Shown here one piece after another: positions 54,601-64,000 of a stretch of DNA of 64,000 bases. The stretch lies in contig NC_134028.1 in assembly GCF_964204645.1 (NCBI RefSeq), forward strand, positions 11,579,263-11,643,262. The letters run 5' to 3'. Both the position numbers and the translations under genes were made by a program. Every line of letters starts with the position of its first letter. Positions within the stretch are counted from its first letter, which is position 1. Origin of the DNA: Tubulanus polymorphus. Lineage: Eukaryota; Animalia; Nemertea. Under the pieces are notes generated by a model. The model searched no databases, was not told where the DNA came from, and was given only the letters and a program-made list of their open reading frames with translations.

Positions 54601-57600
54601 TCAAGATGTCGAGGACGAATCCGAAATTTCAAAAGTTGTTTTGGCGTCTGCTGAGATCCCTTTTGTTTGCAAGGTCGTCATCCGGGTCGCGATAAAACGT
54701 TGGGTATGACTCGTGAGAGATTTTTTTGGCCGTTTAAAAATGTTCGCGTTGTGTTATCCATAAAGCTCCTACTCCTTTACAACTGGCTACTTTAGTTCCT
54801 ATCACCACGTCTGAGCCTTTGGAGGTGGTGTGTCACGATTTCTTAACTTTATACAAAAGCAAAGGTGGTTTTGAGAACGTTTTAGTTATCACTGACCATT
54901 TCACTAAGTATGCTTTAGCTGTTCCGACACGGAACCAGACTGCACAAACAACAGCCCGTATTCAATTCGATTCTTTCATTTCGAAGTTTGGAATCCCTAA
55001 GAGGACTCACTCTGAACAAGGTGCGAACTTTGAAAGCGGTCTCATAAAGGAATTACGTCCGATTTTCAGCATCGAGAAATCGCGCACTACACCATATCAT
55101 CCCATGGGAAATGGTGCTTGTGAGCGCTATAATTCAACGTTTGGGTCTTTTGGAACCTGCCAAGAAAATTGCATGGAAAAATCATTCGTCTTCGGTTCTG
55201 TTTGTGTACAATTGTATGCCGCACGAGTCCACTGGTTTTTCGCCTTATCGCTTAATGTTTGGCAGGAGTCCGATTTTGCCTGTAGACGAAGTGTATCGAT
55301 TAAGCAAACCTTCACGGCAGTATACAGCTATTCTTCAGGAGGAGTTTAATTCGTTATGGCTCAGGCCAAAGTAAAGTTAGCAAAGTCAGCTGAGAAGTCA
55401 AAGAAATACTATCTGTAGTTGCACCGGACGTTAGTCTGGGAAATCATTCTGTCATCGAATCGCCCTCCGTTGAGAGCGTTTCTCCTGATGAGGCTAGGCC
55501 TGACGTCAGTCAGTTAGGTGTTGATACGTCTCCTGTTGTGGACGTGCCTTTTGATGAGATTAGGTCGGAGGTCGATCCATCTAATGAGATGCAATCAACA
55601 TATATTGCCGTGCGTCCAGCCCTTGCCGATAGTACAAGGGTAAGACGTATGCCTGAACGGTTTGCTGACTATCAGGTCGCCGCTTTAACGGTAGGTCCTT
55701 CATGGCAACAGAAGCTGGATACTTTGTTATTGGCAAGCAAAGATGCTTCGATAAGCGGAAATCCGACTCTGTTGGCAGCCGTCTTGAAACTATGTGAACG
55801 AGTATTTTTAAAATTTCCTCAAATGTCCCGGTTATTGATACATGTCTATCCATTAGTTTGATGGTTCTCGCATACGATATGTATGGGGAATCCTCAACGA
55901 GTTGTAGAAGGATATATTATGGGTGAAGTTACTCATTTGGAGACGTTGTGCGTTTTAATTCATTTTAGTTTTTTTTTCATTTCTCTTCATTTAAGTGATG
56001 TCTATTAGAAGTCGTAAAATTCTTCATATTCTTTGAAGCTACGACGCTTCTTAGGTGTTTATCTATCTCAATCTGTGAACAGATTTTCTTTGGAAGGGTG
56101 GTAGATATGCCAGATGTAAGTTACACGCCTATATGTGAAACTTGGTGTAAAGATTGAAGTGAAATTTTTTTTCTTTAAAGAGAATTAGTATCATAAATGA
56201 CTGTGGGAGTGGTTTGGATTTTGTTTATGTAAATTCTATGAAGTCATGAAAAGTTATGAACGGTTTCTCGCTGCGTTCCGTCCGTCTGGAAGGTATGGAA
56301 TTTTTTTTAAAAGTTTGATTGCTGAAACGACATCCTGTTTGTCACTTATTTCGGGGACGAAAGTTCTTGTCGTTAAGGGAGGGTGTTGCCGGGCTGTTTA
56401 TTCAGCAGTATATTTGATAGCCTCCGTTCGGTGCTGCTACCTTCATGGGTCTGTATATAGTTTGAAGTTTCGGCGGGAACAGTGTTAGTTTGTTGGCAAC
56501 CACTCAGTAAAATATATGTTTATGTAATTTACACTGTTCCCGCAGGTAAGAAAGCTTCGTATGATTCTGATTTAATTATTTATCATGTGTAATATTTATC
56601 GGTTAGTTTGTTGGCGGTCGCCTTTCAGGCAACCACTTTGTAAAATATATGTTTATGTAATTTACACAGTTCCCGCAGGTCTTTCGTTGTTTAAGGTTGG
56701 TTGGTGGAGTGGACCCCTGGACAGACGAGGCCATTAAAAGGATCGACAAGAGAGCCCCGTCACAAAACGTTCGCCATTAAAGGCTTTCCCATAATTATTT
56801 TAGTAGCGCCGGAATTCCCTGTATACCTCAAAAATAGCATTCGCTCGTAGAGACGATGCCCCCTAATCGAGGTCATTGCAATTTTATACGCAAGAGCTAA
56901 GATGTCCCCCTTGATTGAAACCAGGAGTTTTCATGAAAATCTGTCTATTGATACGATCTCCGTCACACACAACTGCATGATGATTCATCATGAATATACA
57001 TGGTAGTGGGTTTTCCCCACTGACTCAAATAGACACTCCCTGCATTGAATGTTTTAAAAGTTCCAAAGAGAAACTAAGCCTCGTTTCTAAGTTATTTTGT
57101 ACCAAAGGAAGTGCTTTTCATATGCGATAACACAACGGACTTTGCTAAGTCGCTAACGAAAATGATTGCATTAGATCGGGAAAATAGATCGGAAACGCTT
57201 TTATGGTCATACCAATCTATCCTTAAGATGCTGGTAAACCAGTCATCTCCTCACCAACCAACCCAGGCCTCGAAATTAACGGTGGCAGCGGCGGCATTTG
57301 CCACTGGCTACACAACCACTGCTGCTGGTTGGTCTCCTTACCGGCGGCAATGAAATGCCGTCGATTATTGCCGTAGGTGATATAAATAACCCGCGGCACA
57401 CCTGGTTCACAATATAGGTCAGCCGTCAATCACCCGCACTTCTTGACCCTGCATTATGAAATATAAATTAGCGGTGCCACTTGACCTATTTATCTAACTT
57501 CAGTCAGAGTTCCATCCAGATTTACTGATAAACAATGCCCAGCATACATCTATAAGAAATACGGGCAGCGTCAGCAGTCAGCAGTGAGCCGTGTCTGTCT

Positions 57601-60486
57601 ATACAGGTTTCAATAATCGCATGCTTAGAATAGTCACGGCAATGAATAAACACATCGGCTTGGCGACTATTGTGCTTAGTGTTTTTCAGCCTTTTACATC
57701 CTCAATTAAGACAAACGAATTGACAAATCAGTGAATTAAATTATCTGAAGAAGAGTAATTGGGCGAGTTTCATTACATCTAGCTTATGTATTTTAAGGCT
57801 AAAAACTGCCATCGGCTTAAATTCAGTATTGCATTATCCCCTTCAAATTTAGTTTGGAATGGTTTTATCTTTTATTAATTTTATGATTTATTACTAGGCC
57901 TACCCCTAATTTGTATCACATCTAAATCAAATAAGTATCTATGTTGTTCTGGATTCTCTCACTCTTTCTATTTAATCAACAACTGACATTGTATTATATA
58001 AGTACCCCTAGCAAGACTTTAATTAGTTTTTAGTTAACTCTTTTATTCCTTTTATTCTACCCCTAAGCATTTTTTGCCGTGGGTTTTCCAATTTACGGAG
58101 GCAAATTGGGATTCTAAAATGCTGATGGTCTTTGGTAAAATGCTCTGGGTTGCTTTAGCCATTTTAAAATGCTCTTGCTCCAGGTCTGATTTTCCCAAAT
58201 CCGAGGCCTGCAACCCCCCCTCATTTTTTTCAACGGAATTGCAACTTGCATCTGAGAAATGATTACAAGAGATCCACGGATCTTAATATCTCGGGCGCAG
58301 AATGTTATCTTTGTAATGTATAGGCGCCACCTGATTGATGCATCTTTAAGGTTTTCCTTGAACACTTCATGGATGTGTAAAATCTGCTGATTTCGGTGAA
58401 CAACATCATCGAAATCTAATCAGCAATCATCGCGGCAATACATGGGGTTTGGGCCTATTCGATTGAGCGCGCATAATCTTCTGTGAAGTAGCGTATCGAT
58501 TGAATCTTCAGTTTTTTGCAGAATGAAATATATATGGGGAGACGAGACGGAATCGATACTACGGCTATCAAATTAAAAATAAACATATAAGACTCTTCCA
58601 TGACTGGGAAATGAGAAACTAGAACCGAGCAGATTAATAGATGAGTAGATTAATAGACTGGTTTGTCTGCGTCAATAAAATATGCCCTTACATTGATTGA
58701 CAGCGGGAGCTCAGCCAACCGCAGGGAGCAGTTATTTTACTTCAATGTAACGTTGTACATCGGCCTTCTAGCCGTTTTATGAAACAAAATGCTCCTTGTA
58801 ATTTCTTTAATGTAATTTCTCCCTGTAATTTCTTAAATAAACGCGATATTCAAAATTCCATTTCCAACAGATTTTAGCCACATGATGAAGCTACATTTTG
58901 CACATAAATATAGTAGATTGCATGACTTCGTGTCAAAGTTATAACCTCATTTGTTAGCAAAAATTCGATTTTTGGACCCATTTAAACAACAAAAATTGCT
59001 TGAGAAGGCGGAAATCTGCCGAATGGCAGAAAATTATCATCCTTGGTTACTGGTATGAAAATTGTTCAATTACTGAATCAGATATCCTTTTGATAACTTG
59101 AGAAAATCCAACTTCTTTATTTAGTTCCTCCTGAAAAAAATTAAAAAATAGAAAATAGACAAGTGAGAAATAGAAATAGACAAGTGAGAAGCCGTGAGAT
59201 GACGTTCAGAAACACTCACCTGCTAACATAAAAAATAACAGTGAGGATATTCTGAAATTGTTGATTTAACACGTTCGCTGCCAGCGGTTAAGGTCCGGTT
59301 GCCATTGCCAACGCTAATTTTTGACATTATACAATTTAAATGCTGCCAGCACTATTTGTACATTAATGAATCAATATACTGATCTATTTTAGTATAAAAA
59401 ATCACATGACAAGATAACTGGTCACTAACAATGGTGAAGAGATTCTTAATTTTTCTTGTCCCCATTGCCAGTGAAAAGTGTGAAATATCAAATAGAAATC
59501 TAAAAGAATAAAAGTTTCATTGTAAAAATGATATAGAATGATTTTAGTCGTTATATGCTCTCTAAATATTGTCCGGAAAAGAAGCTAAAATTCTTTGCTT
59601 TCTGAAGATTCTTATGAAAAAATTTCAAGTGCGTTCCAGACTTGAGTTACCCCCATAGATAATAGATAACTTTGTCTCTCCATACTGCCAGATAATTCTT
59701 AGCTGGTTTCTCACCTCTGCCAGGTCATTCATAACGCTATAAAATGACTTTGAATCAATGACGATATTACTCGTCATGGCAAACTGCGGTTCACCCACCA
59801 TGACGAATTATCTCCTCAGCAGCAGCGAACGTGTTAAAAGTCATATATCTCAGTAATGGCTGAACTAAAATTCAAGCTAGTTGCACATTTGATATTTGTG
59901 AATGTATCACATTTGAAAATAACTTTTACACTATATTCTATTTTGATGGCATTTGCTCTTTTAAATTAGATTTGATGTTTTTGATGAATAAAATTAACTT
60001 CCATATCTTCGTTTTAAGTAAAATAGTAGATGAAACCGCGGGTTCACATGAACCCTGCTGATGTCTCAGCTAAGTAAGTCATAAACGAGTCTTTGCTTTC
60101 TGATTGGCTTTTTAAAACCGATATTTTTGCGTTCAGATTTTTGCGAAAAGGCTTTTAACGAGGCCATCTTTCAAAATTTAGCACTCTAGGATTTGGAGAA
60201 GGGGTAATGCTTTAATGAATGATCTTGTATGGATGCTCAGTTCCACAGTCAAGGGGCCATTTTTCTTATCATTTAAATGTCGCTACATTTGTATAGCAAT
60301 AGGCTCAGCCTATGGTTGACATAATAATGCTTATGGACTATACTTACCACTTCTTCAGCTTGTCTGCGCCTCTCTTTTAGCAACAAATCATCCTCACCAG
60401 CAATTCGACTGACTACTATGTATCGTTCTCGATTGTTACCAGATCTCTTGCTAGATTTTGTTTCTAAGTGTATTCTACTGCCAAAT
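31..60486 (-). CDS. PARN: Poly(A)-specific ribonuclease PARN, multi-exon gene, partial (12 exons in window)
   Basis: Spliced exons 60486-60348, 59130-59074, 42231-42154, 42076-42033, 41951-41909, 25650-25575, 25491-25381, 22448-22379, 11035-10980, 7289-7203, 5325-5251 and 187-31 give one open frame. It contains the CAF1/DEDD motifs GHNMLLD, LDTKLMA and LHEAGYDA, plus an RRM (HITFPxxWKTTDL, GWINDTSAF). Exon lengths 57/78/44/43/76/111/70/56/87/75 match those I recall for human PARN exons 12-21. Confidence 0.95.
324..893. mobile_element. Non-autonomous TIR DNA transposon (TGCAGC termini, TTAA-like target)
   Basis: ~43-bp imperfect TIR TGCAGCCGTCAATGAA..ACCC.CCCCAGCTCATCCA at both ends; flanks TCAA and TAAA. 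Confidence 0.75.
1613..2585 (-). mobile_element. Tc1/mariner (rosa/maT-like) transposase relic with 3' TIR
   Basis: TA|CAGGGTGTCCC terminus. Broken transposase motifs VWCAL..GPYFF, WF*QDGASPH and [12 protein letters not shown], with stops and frameshifts. Confidence 0.85.
2117..2447. mobile_element. MITE nested in the mariner relic, 6-bp TSD TACTTA
   Basis: TIR CATAGTTCCCACA / CATGGTTCCCGCA; TACTTA at 2111-2116 and 2448-2453; internal TTCCCAAA repeats. Confidence 0.75.
2675..2891. repeat. 39-bp minisatellite, about 5 copies
   Basis: Unit approximately ttttactcgtcgacaatgtctacaatcctaaatgtcggt. Explains the repetitive ORFs at 2642 and 2718. Confidence 0.9.
2892..3516. mobile_element. Tc1/mariner-pogo type MITE, TA TSD
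   Basis: Perfect 25-bp TIR CCGTATTTTCCGGCCAATAAGCCGA with TA on both sides. A degenerate reverse copy lies near 57700-57820. Confidence 0.92.
3528..3861. repeat. ~51-bp minisatellite, about 6 copies
   Basis: Unit approximately gtggggtgaaaactgtttcaaatattccctctgtagagttggctgggatt. Confidence 0.88.
5251..5325 (-). CDS. PARN: PARN exon [24 protein letters not shown] (RRM, cap-binding Trp position)
   Basis: Acceptor tattacag, donor gtaggt, 75 nt. Confidence 0.95.
6223..6942. mobile_element. MITE with CAGGGATGAAAA TIR, 6-bp TSD AGTTTT
   Basis: 12-bp perfect TIR; AGTTTT at 6217-6222 and 6943-6948. Confidence 0.75.
6608..6694. repeat. (TA)n microsatellite
   Basis: About 43 TA units with one interruption. 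Confidence 0.98.
7203..7289 (-). CDS. PARN: PARN exon [28 protein letters not shown] (RRM)
   Basis: Acceptor cattctag, donor gtaagt, 87 nt. Confidence 0.95.
10980..11035 (-). CDS. PARN: PARN exon [18 protein letters not shown]
   Basis: Acceptor ttttatag, donor gtaagt, 56 nt. Confidence 0.95.
11059..12485 (+). mobile_element. Helentron/HINE-type non-autonomous element (composite)
   Basis: AACTAG start in an A-run; right end has GGAC-type microsatellite, then AAAAGTGAACGCAATAGCC, then hairpin GGACTTAAGTCC..GGGCTAA, shared with the 15198 family. Confidence 0.65.
11223..11382. mobile_element. PIF/Harbinger-type MITE, 3-bp TSD
   Basis: Perfect 27-bp TIR GGGATCATTCATTTATTACGTACGCAT with AAA flanks. 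Confidence 0.85.
13379..14790 (-). mobile_element. 5'-truncated L2-clade LINE (RT and C-terminus of ORF2), frameshifted
   Basis: [77 protein letters not shown]; (TAA)n tail near 13380. Confidence 0.92.
15198..16470 (+). mobile_element. Helentron/HINE element with four 154-bp tandem monomers
   Basis: AACTAG start; perfect 12-bp sub-TIR GCCCACTTGGGA (15221) / TCCCAAGTGGGC (16457); (GGAC)n; terminal hairpin GGGACTAAAGTCCC; monomers at 15271, 15425, 15579 and 15733. Confidence 0.85.
17877..19980 (+). mobile_element. Helentron/HINE element (AATATAGCTGCAAGCAGC end; hairpin end)
   Basis: Sub-TIR GGTTTCTG / CAGAAACC; 12-bp-stem hairpin TAGGGTTTCTGC..GCAGAAACCCTA. It splits a dispersed repeat whose intact copy is near 24040-24100. 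Confidence 0.7.
20698..20973. mobile_element. piggyBac-type MITE
   Basis: TTAA|CCTCTTCGCTACCACT ... AGCGGTAGTGAAGAGG|TTAT; internal B-box-like GGTTCGAATCC. Confidence 0.75.
20977..21875. mobile_element. Non-autonomous TIR element (TGCAGC termini, TTAA target)
   Basis: ~40-bp TIR TGCAGCT.TCAA.CTGCTGT.TGTACCCACCC..CTCAGAC; right flank TTAA. Confidence 0.75.
22379..22448 (-). CDS. PARN: PARN exon [23 protein letters not shown]
   Basis: Acceptor cattatag, donor gtaagt, 70 nt, phase 1 to 2. Confidence 0.92.
24241..25296 (+). mobile_element. Second copy of the 154-bp-monomer HINE
   Basis: Same AACTAGGGGTCCAGGGACAC start, monomers, GGAC tract and end as 15198-16470. Confidence 0.85.
25381..25491 (-). 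CDS. PARN: PARN exon [36 protein letters not shown] (catalytic His/Asp)
   Basis: Acceptor ttttccag, donor gtaagt, 111 nt, HEAGYDA motif. Confidence 0.96.
25575..25650 (-). CDS. PARN: PARN exon [25 protein letters not shown]
   Basis: Acceptor atttcag, donor gtaagc, 76 nt. Confidence 0.93.
27421..29495 (+). mobile_element. HINE with ~145-bp monomers, inserted in the BEN gene
   Basis: AACAAG start and CACAGCGGAGCTAAAAA end; monomer marker GGTCCATAGAACATTCATACCAAATTTGG near 27515, 27661, 28977, 29121, 29266 and 29411. Confidence 0.78.
27776..28948 (+). mobile_element. HINE nested in a HINE (~146-bp TGACCTTGACC monomers)
   Basis: AACTAG start; sub-TIR ATGCCCCCACA / TGTGGGGGCAT; GACA/GACG tract; terminal hairpin; inserted in the A-run of the host monomer. 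Confidence 0.85.
32030..32470. mobile_element. piggyBac-type MITE, TTAA TSD
   Basis: TTAA|CTCATTGCCTGCCA ... TGGCAGACAAAGAG|TTAA. Confidence 0.82.
34520..35060 (+). mobile_element. CR1/L2-group LINE ORF2 fragment
   Basis: [50 protein letters not shown]. Confidence 0.88.
37735..40758 (-). mobile_element. HINE inserted at a T-run in the LINE (same end type as 17877-19980, opposite orientation), with nested elements
   Basis: Left hairpin TAGGGTTTTCTG..CAGAAAACCCTA, present three times; right end CAGAAAACCCGTTATCGCTGCTTTGCAGCTATATTT; no TSD. Confidence 0.75.
38740..40350. repeat. 31-bp satellite array, about 52 copies, with internal palindrome
   Basis: Unit TTTTGGTTTTGTCGCCCGCGACAATTCATTA. Confidence 0.97.
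41909..41951 (-). CDS. PARN: PARN exon [14 protein letters not shown]
   Basis: Acceptor ttgttag, donor gtatgt, 43 nt. Confidence 0.96.
42033..42076 (-). CDS. PARN: PARN exon [15 protein letters not shown]
   Basis: Acceptor tctatag, donor gtaagt, 44 nt. Confidence 0.95.
42154..42231 (-). CDS. PARN: PARN exon [26 protein letters not shown] (catalytic Asp)
   Basis: Acceptor atttcag, donor gtaagc, 78 nt, GHNMLLD motif. Confidence 0.96.
43061..43262 (-). mobile_element. tRNA-derived SINE
   Basis: A-box TGGCCGAGTGG and B-box GGTTCTAACCC; candidate TSD ATCACTCT at 43053 and 43263. Confidence 0.75.
44427..44899. mobile_element. piggyBac-type MITE; an inverted second copy lies at about 43520-43906
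   Basis: TTAA|CCATTAGCAATCAAG ... CTGAGTGCTAATGGG|TTAA. Confidence 0.78.
46515..47315 (+). repeat. HINE-type ~135-bp tandem monomers (CCCCTGGTGGCCATAATTTGAA), interrupted by an internally deleted HINE at 46754-46918
   Basis: The monomer also occurs at 11730-11880. The insert keeps both termini of the 15198 family. Confidence 0.75.
48249..48623 (+). repeat. 5' LTR
   Basis: Direct repeat of 56384-56764 with an internal duplication. Confidence 0.95.
49757..51748 (+). pseudogene. gag: Gypsy gag (PNMA-like capsid plus CCHC knuckle), frameshifted
   Basis: [25 protein letters not shown]; [15 protein letters not shown]; [14 protein letters not shown]. Confidence 0.9.
50094..50784 (+). mobile_element. 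piggyBac-like deletion derivative inserted in gag (TTAA TSD), with an acidic ORF
   Basis: TTAA|CCCT...AGGG|TTAA. Removing it restores the gag frame [17 protein letters not shown]. Asp/Glu/Ser-rich ORF at 50389-50664. Confidence 0.8.
51870..55374 (+). pseudogene. pol: Gypsy pol (PR-RT-RNaseH-IN) with stops and deletions
   Basis: ALIDSGSQV; [26 protein letters not shown] (YxDD mutated); LHTDAS; [28 protein letters not shown]. Confidence 0.93.
51927..52553. mobile_element. piggyBac-type MITE inserted at the Gypsy protease active-site motif
   Basis: TIR CTCTATCCATGC / CTCTATCTGTGC; right TTAA present, left TTAA missing; splits VPCYA|LIDSGS. Confidence 0.78.
56384..56764 (+). repeat. 3' LTR
   Basis: TGTTGCCGGG...CCCCGTCACA, followed by TSD AAAC. 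Confidence 0.95.
59074..59130 (-). CDS. PARN: PARN exon [19 protein letters not shown]
   Basis: Acceptor tttttcag, donor gtaatt, 57 nt. Matches human EELNDAVGFSRVIHAIANS. Confidence 0.93.
59270..59833. mobile_element. piggyBac-type MITE, TTAA TSD
   Basis: Perfect 12-bp TIR CACGTTCGCTGC with TTAA on both sides. Confidence 0.9.
60348..60486 (-). CDS. PARN: PARN exon (end of R3H region), [46 protein letters not shown]
   Basis: Acceptor ttttttag, donor gtaagt, 139 nt, phase 2 to 0. Resembles human [20 protein letters not shown]. Confidence 0.88.
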
Positions 60487-63400
60487 CTAAAAAAAAAAAA
60501 CAAATTATGGGGTTAGAATTCAGTGATCTTGCCTTTAACAGCTTTCACAACCATGCATTTTGATTTAATAATTTGCCACTGGCAAAGTGATTTACCTTTC
60601 TAGTATCTAGATGAACATACAATTATATTTACTACGATAGCTTAGCTTTGACTTGCATGCTGTAAGTTCGGATGAAAAAATGACTAGACAACTCTGGCTC
60701 TGGGAAGAATGACAAAAAAGTGTGACACAAAAATATTTGATATTGGCTGTATTTTACAATTCTTTGTATTTGGCAAAAAAACAGCAGTCAAATAAACAGA
60801 GTCTTAAGATATATGAGAGAAGAGATAAGTTCTTATACAAGCAATTTTTCTTCCTGATCACCACGAGCTAGCGTTTTTGCGATCTTTCGTAGAGAATTAA
60901 GATCATGTTCGCTGCTTTATCCGATCATTCAAACGGCCTCTTAAAAGCTGATGAGACAGCAAATACTCATCAAAGGTGACAAAAGATAACTCATTGAATA
61001 TCATATTGAAATTATCGTACAAAATCTTTTTATAACTAAGAAATACTAAATGTTATTATCATCTAAGGCGGTCCCCTTCAATTTTGAGGTCCCTCAAAAA
61101 TTCCATCCTCCAATATTCCGGACTGATTATTTTCTGGAGAAAGATCAAGATTTAAGTTACCAAGATATCCACGGATTTTAATATCTCGAGCGTAAATGTT
61201 ATTTTTCAAGTAGGGTTGATTGTCACCTGAATGATGGATCTTTAAGGTTTTCATAGAAAACTTCAACAAGACACGAAATTCTTAATATGACCGTTCCTAA
61301 ATTTACATGATGGTGTTTGTTAAATCCAGTATCAAATTACAAGTCAGTTAATATATACTCTTGAGTTTAGCCATTTGTAACAGACTCTCCTAAATTTACA
61401 TGATTGTGTTTTTTTAATCCAGTATCAAAATTAAAAGTCAGTAAAAATAAACTCTAAGGTTTAGGCATTTATGATTCATAAAGATTTCATTACAGGCCTA
61501 CCCCGGTAGTCCATATCTTAAAGACTTAGAATATGCGCACTTGCCATTAGTGTCAACCATAGTGGTGGACAGTTGAGAGTTCCTTGCTGACCCTCACTGC
61601 CATTCACTGCTATGTTATGCCAAATTCACTGCCAACTGCAGCGAATTTTTAAGAAATAAGGCTAATAATTTATGCAGTCGTTATCTATTTTTCGATTACG
61701 GTGTCACAGAACCTTGATTGAAATAGAAAATTGCCTCCAAGTTATCAACTATTTAGACAATCAGTTTTGGCAGTAATGGGTAGAAACTTGAATAGCCTAA
61801 TAGGCGGGTTATTATGCAATAAATACGGAAGGAATACGGATTGCCGATCATGAAAAGCTGGCCATTTCGATCCCACACACGAAGGATTGGAACGAACCTA
61901 AACCATCGTCGAGTGGGATTTCCAAGATGGAGATTCACGGTTCACAGGAAATAACAGATATGGGATTCTTCTTGGGGGCTTCCATCCAGATCCAGATCTT
62001 CCTGGGAGATCAGCAGGATAGAGTCGACACAACACAGAGCGGATATTTTCGGCTCATGATTGGGCTACTACTTGAGCTTGATACATCTTTCATGGACATC
62101 TTCCATTGCTGGTATATGGTTAAATATATCATCTTAGGCTGAGTTTTTCATCCAAACTTTGGAATTTTGTAGAGAAATTTACATAGCTCAATCAGTATTA
62201 ACAAGCCACCCATTATTCTTAACTTTTTTCAACAATACAGATGAGGAAATCTAAACCAATCAAATGCGGCGATGTTATTAACCTTGACTGCCGGAGCAAT
62301 TATAAAATAATATTGGTAGTGCCACATTACAAACATCATTTGATTTAACTACAATTCAAATTACAAAATTACTACTTTAACTTGGGAGAATTCCGAACAA
62401 TACATGGTAATGAGTCACCAGTACATGGTACAACAGTTCTTGATAATCATGTCAATGGGAAACCCCTTCTAGAGGGATTTCCAAGTGATGCCCTTCTGTT
62501 TGCCCTGTGATGTCATGAAACAAGGTAAAGCATCAATTAGTAGAATTGGGAAAAATTCATTGAAATATTGCACATTTTCTCCCAGCACTTTCTAACTGCT
62601 TAGAGCTGATGGATGGAACTTTCCATATCTATTCCAACACCTGTTTCCCTCCTAATGACAAGATATCAGCATTGTATCAGTGCTTCATCTAGCATTAAAA
62701 AGGGCAGGGTGCTGATTTCAAATAAGGGCATTTTTGTGCGTGATTCCATTGGTGCAAGGGCACATAACAACGCACTCACATCTGTTTTAGGGGAAACCTG
62801 CGATGTTCCGTATTGCATAGCATCGAGGTACCCCCTACTACAATTGAGGACTAGAAACTATGTTTAACTGATTTTGCCATGAGTGACACACTTGACTACA
62901 GTACATCCTTACACCTATGCCTGTCAATGAACAAAAGTTAATCAATAGATAGGGCTTTCAAAATGATTTGGAAAACCAGTTGCAGACAAAAAAATTGCAG
63001 AAAAAAGCAATTCCAAAAAGCAAATGATACAGCGAAAAAAAGCCAGCAATAGTGTATAGGCCTACATGAAATTGCATATTCTTAATCTTAGAAATATCAA
63101 ATTAATTGATTTAAATTGATAGTGTTAGTGATTGGCAAGTAACTGTTGATAATTGGTAAGCAGCCAGCTTAAGAACACATTATTGCTATTAGGCTACTCA
63201 AACTAATTGTCTCTGCGAGTCTCTCTGGAGTTCACCGAACAAAGTTTTTCACCTTGTATATATAAAATTTGTCTAACAGTCTAGATAAAAAGATCCAGAG
63301 CATCAGGATGTGTTCAAAACGAAACAATCCATCGAATATACACTACCAGCTTTACAACGGCAGTAGCTAGAATGATTGGCAGTAGTTTGGAAGTCAGCCA

Positions 63401-64000
63401 ATTTCCTGGAAACTTAAACTAGGCCACGCATCTGAGGCACGTTTTCACACGATGCACACTGACTGCAGTACATTTAAATATAACCACTGATCACATGAGC
63501 TACTATCATACGAGATATTTCATAGCCGTTGCAGGATTCTTACTAACAATCGGATGCGACGGCTAATTTTGACTCATTACTCACGACTGAAAAGGGCAGG
63601 AGGGCGGACCTACGGCAAGTGATGAGGGCACAAGGGCGAACATGGGACACATCTGAAGGGCACAAGGGCGGCTATTTTCGAGGGCGGGGCGGACCGCCCC
63701 TCTATTTTTGGCTAGATGAAGCACGTGAATACAGTGGTTACAATTTGTGCCACCAAGAGCTAACAGAAAGTTACTCTCAGGACCATTCTATAAGGATTCT
63801 ATATGTAAAAGTGAAAAATGTCGTCATTTTGTTATGACAATTCGGTACGTATGAAATGCCATTTAGAGACCAGAAATTTACCAATATATGTGTATATAAA
63901 ATGCGGATAATGAAATTGCAGCGAAGCAAAGAAAAAACCTTAAACTTATAAGTGGACACCTAACCTCTCCTTCGACACATTGCCTACTTGGGAAGTGGTT

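Larger units (their letters stand above)
48249..56764 (+). mobile_element. Gypsy/Ty3 LTR retrotransposon, both LTRs present, inactivated
   Basis: LTRs 48249-48623 and 56384-56764 (TG...CA; the 5' LTR ends in TA); TSD AAAC at 48245 and 56765; PBS-like TGGCACTACACCGGTAGG at 48626; PPT AAGGGAGGG; domain order Gag-PR-RT-RH-IN. Confidence 0.96.

Noticed and set aside
31-60486. PNLDC1 rather than PARN
   Set aside because: The GHNMLLD, HEAGYDA and RRM motifs and a basic, non-hydrophobic C-terminal exon fit PARN better. A phylogeny would be decisive.
60596-60640. Possible alternative PARN exon (..YVHLDTRK|gtaaat) resembling human exon 10
   Set aside because: There is an in-frame TAA just upstream and no acceptor giving an open, phase-compatible exon.
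60990-61037. Candidate PARN exon 9 equivalent (YKKILYDNF..)
   Set aside because: Weak similarity and a poor donor (gttatc). The upstream exons were left unassigned.

Overview
AT-rich eukaryotic (invertebrate-like) genomic DNA, not prokaryotic. Nearly the whole window lies inside one minus-strand host gene, PARN (poly(A)-specific ribonuclease). I reconstructed 12 coding exons by hand between 60486 and 31, all with GT-AG sites and consistent phases; the 5' exons and last exon(s) were not found and probably lie outside the window. The large introns are filled with nested mobile DNA: a decayed Gypsy LTR element with both LTRs and a 4-bp TSD, L2 and CR1-like LINE remnants, a tRNA-derived SINE, a Tc1/mariner relic, many MITEs (TTAA, TA, 3-bp and 6-bp targets), and more than a dozen Helentron/HINE-type elements or fragments with tandem ~135-155-bp monomers. 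The most unusual item is a ~6.6-kb TIR-bounded element (26338-32911) with no detected transposase, carrying a decayed spliced gene with a Tudor/chromo-barrel-like exon and a C-terminal BEN domain. Several HINE monomers carry near-consensus CTCF motifs, and the HINEs show a strong orientation bias. All domain and family calls come from visual motif recognition; no searches were run.
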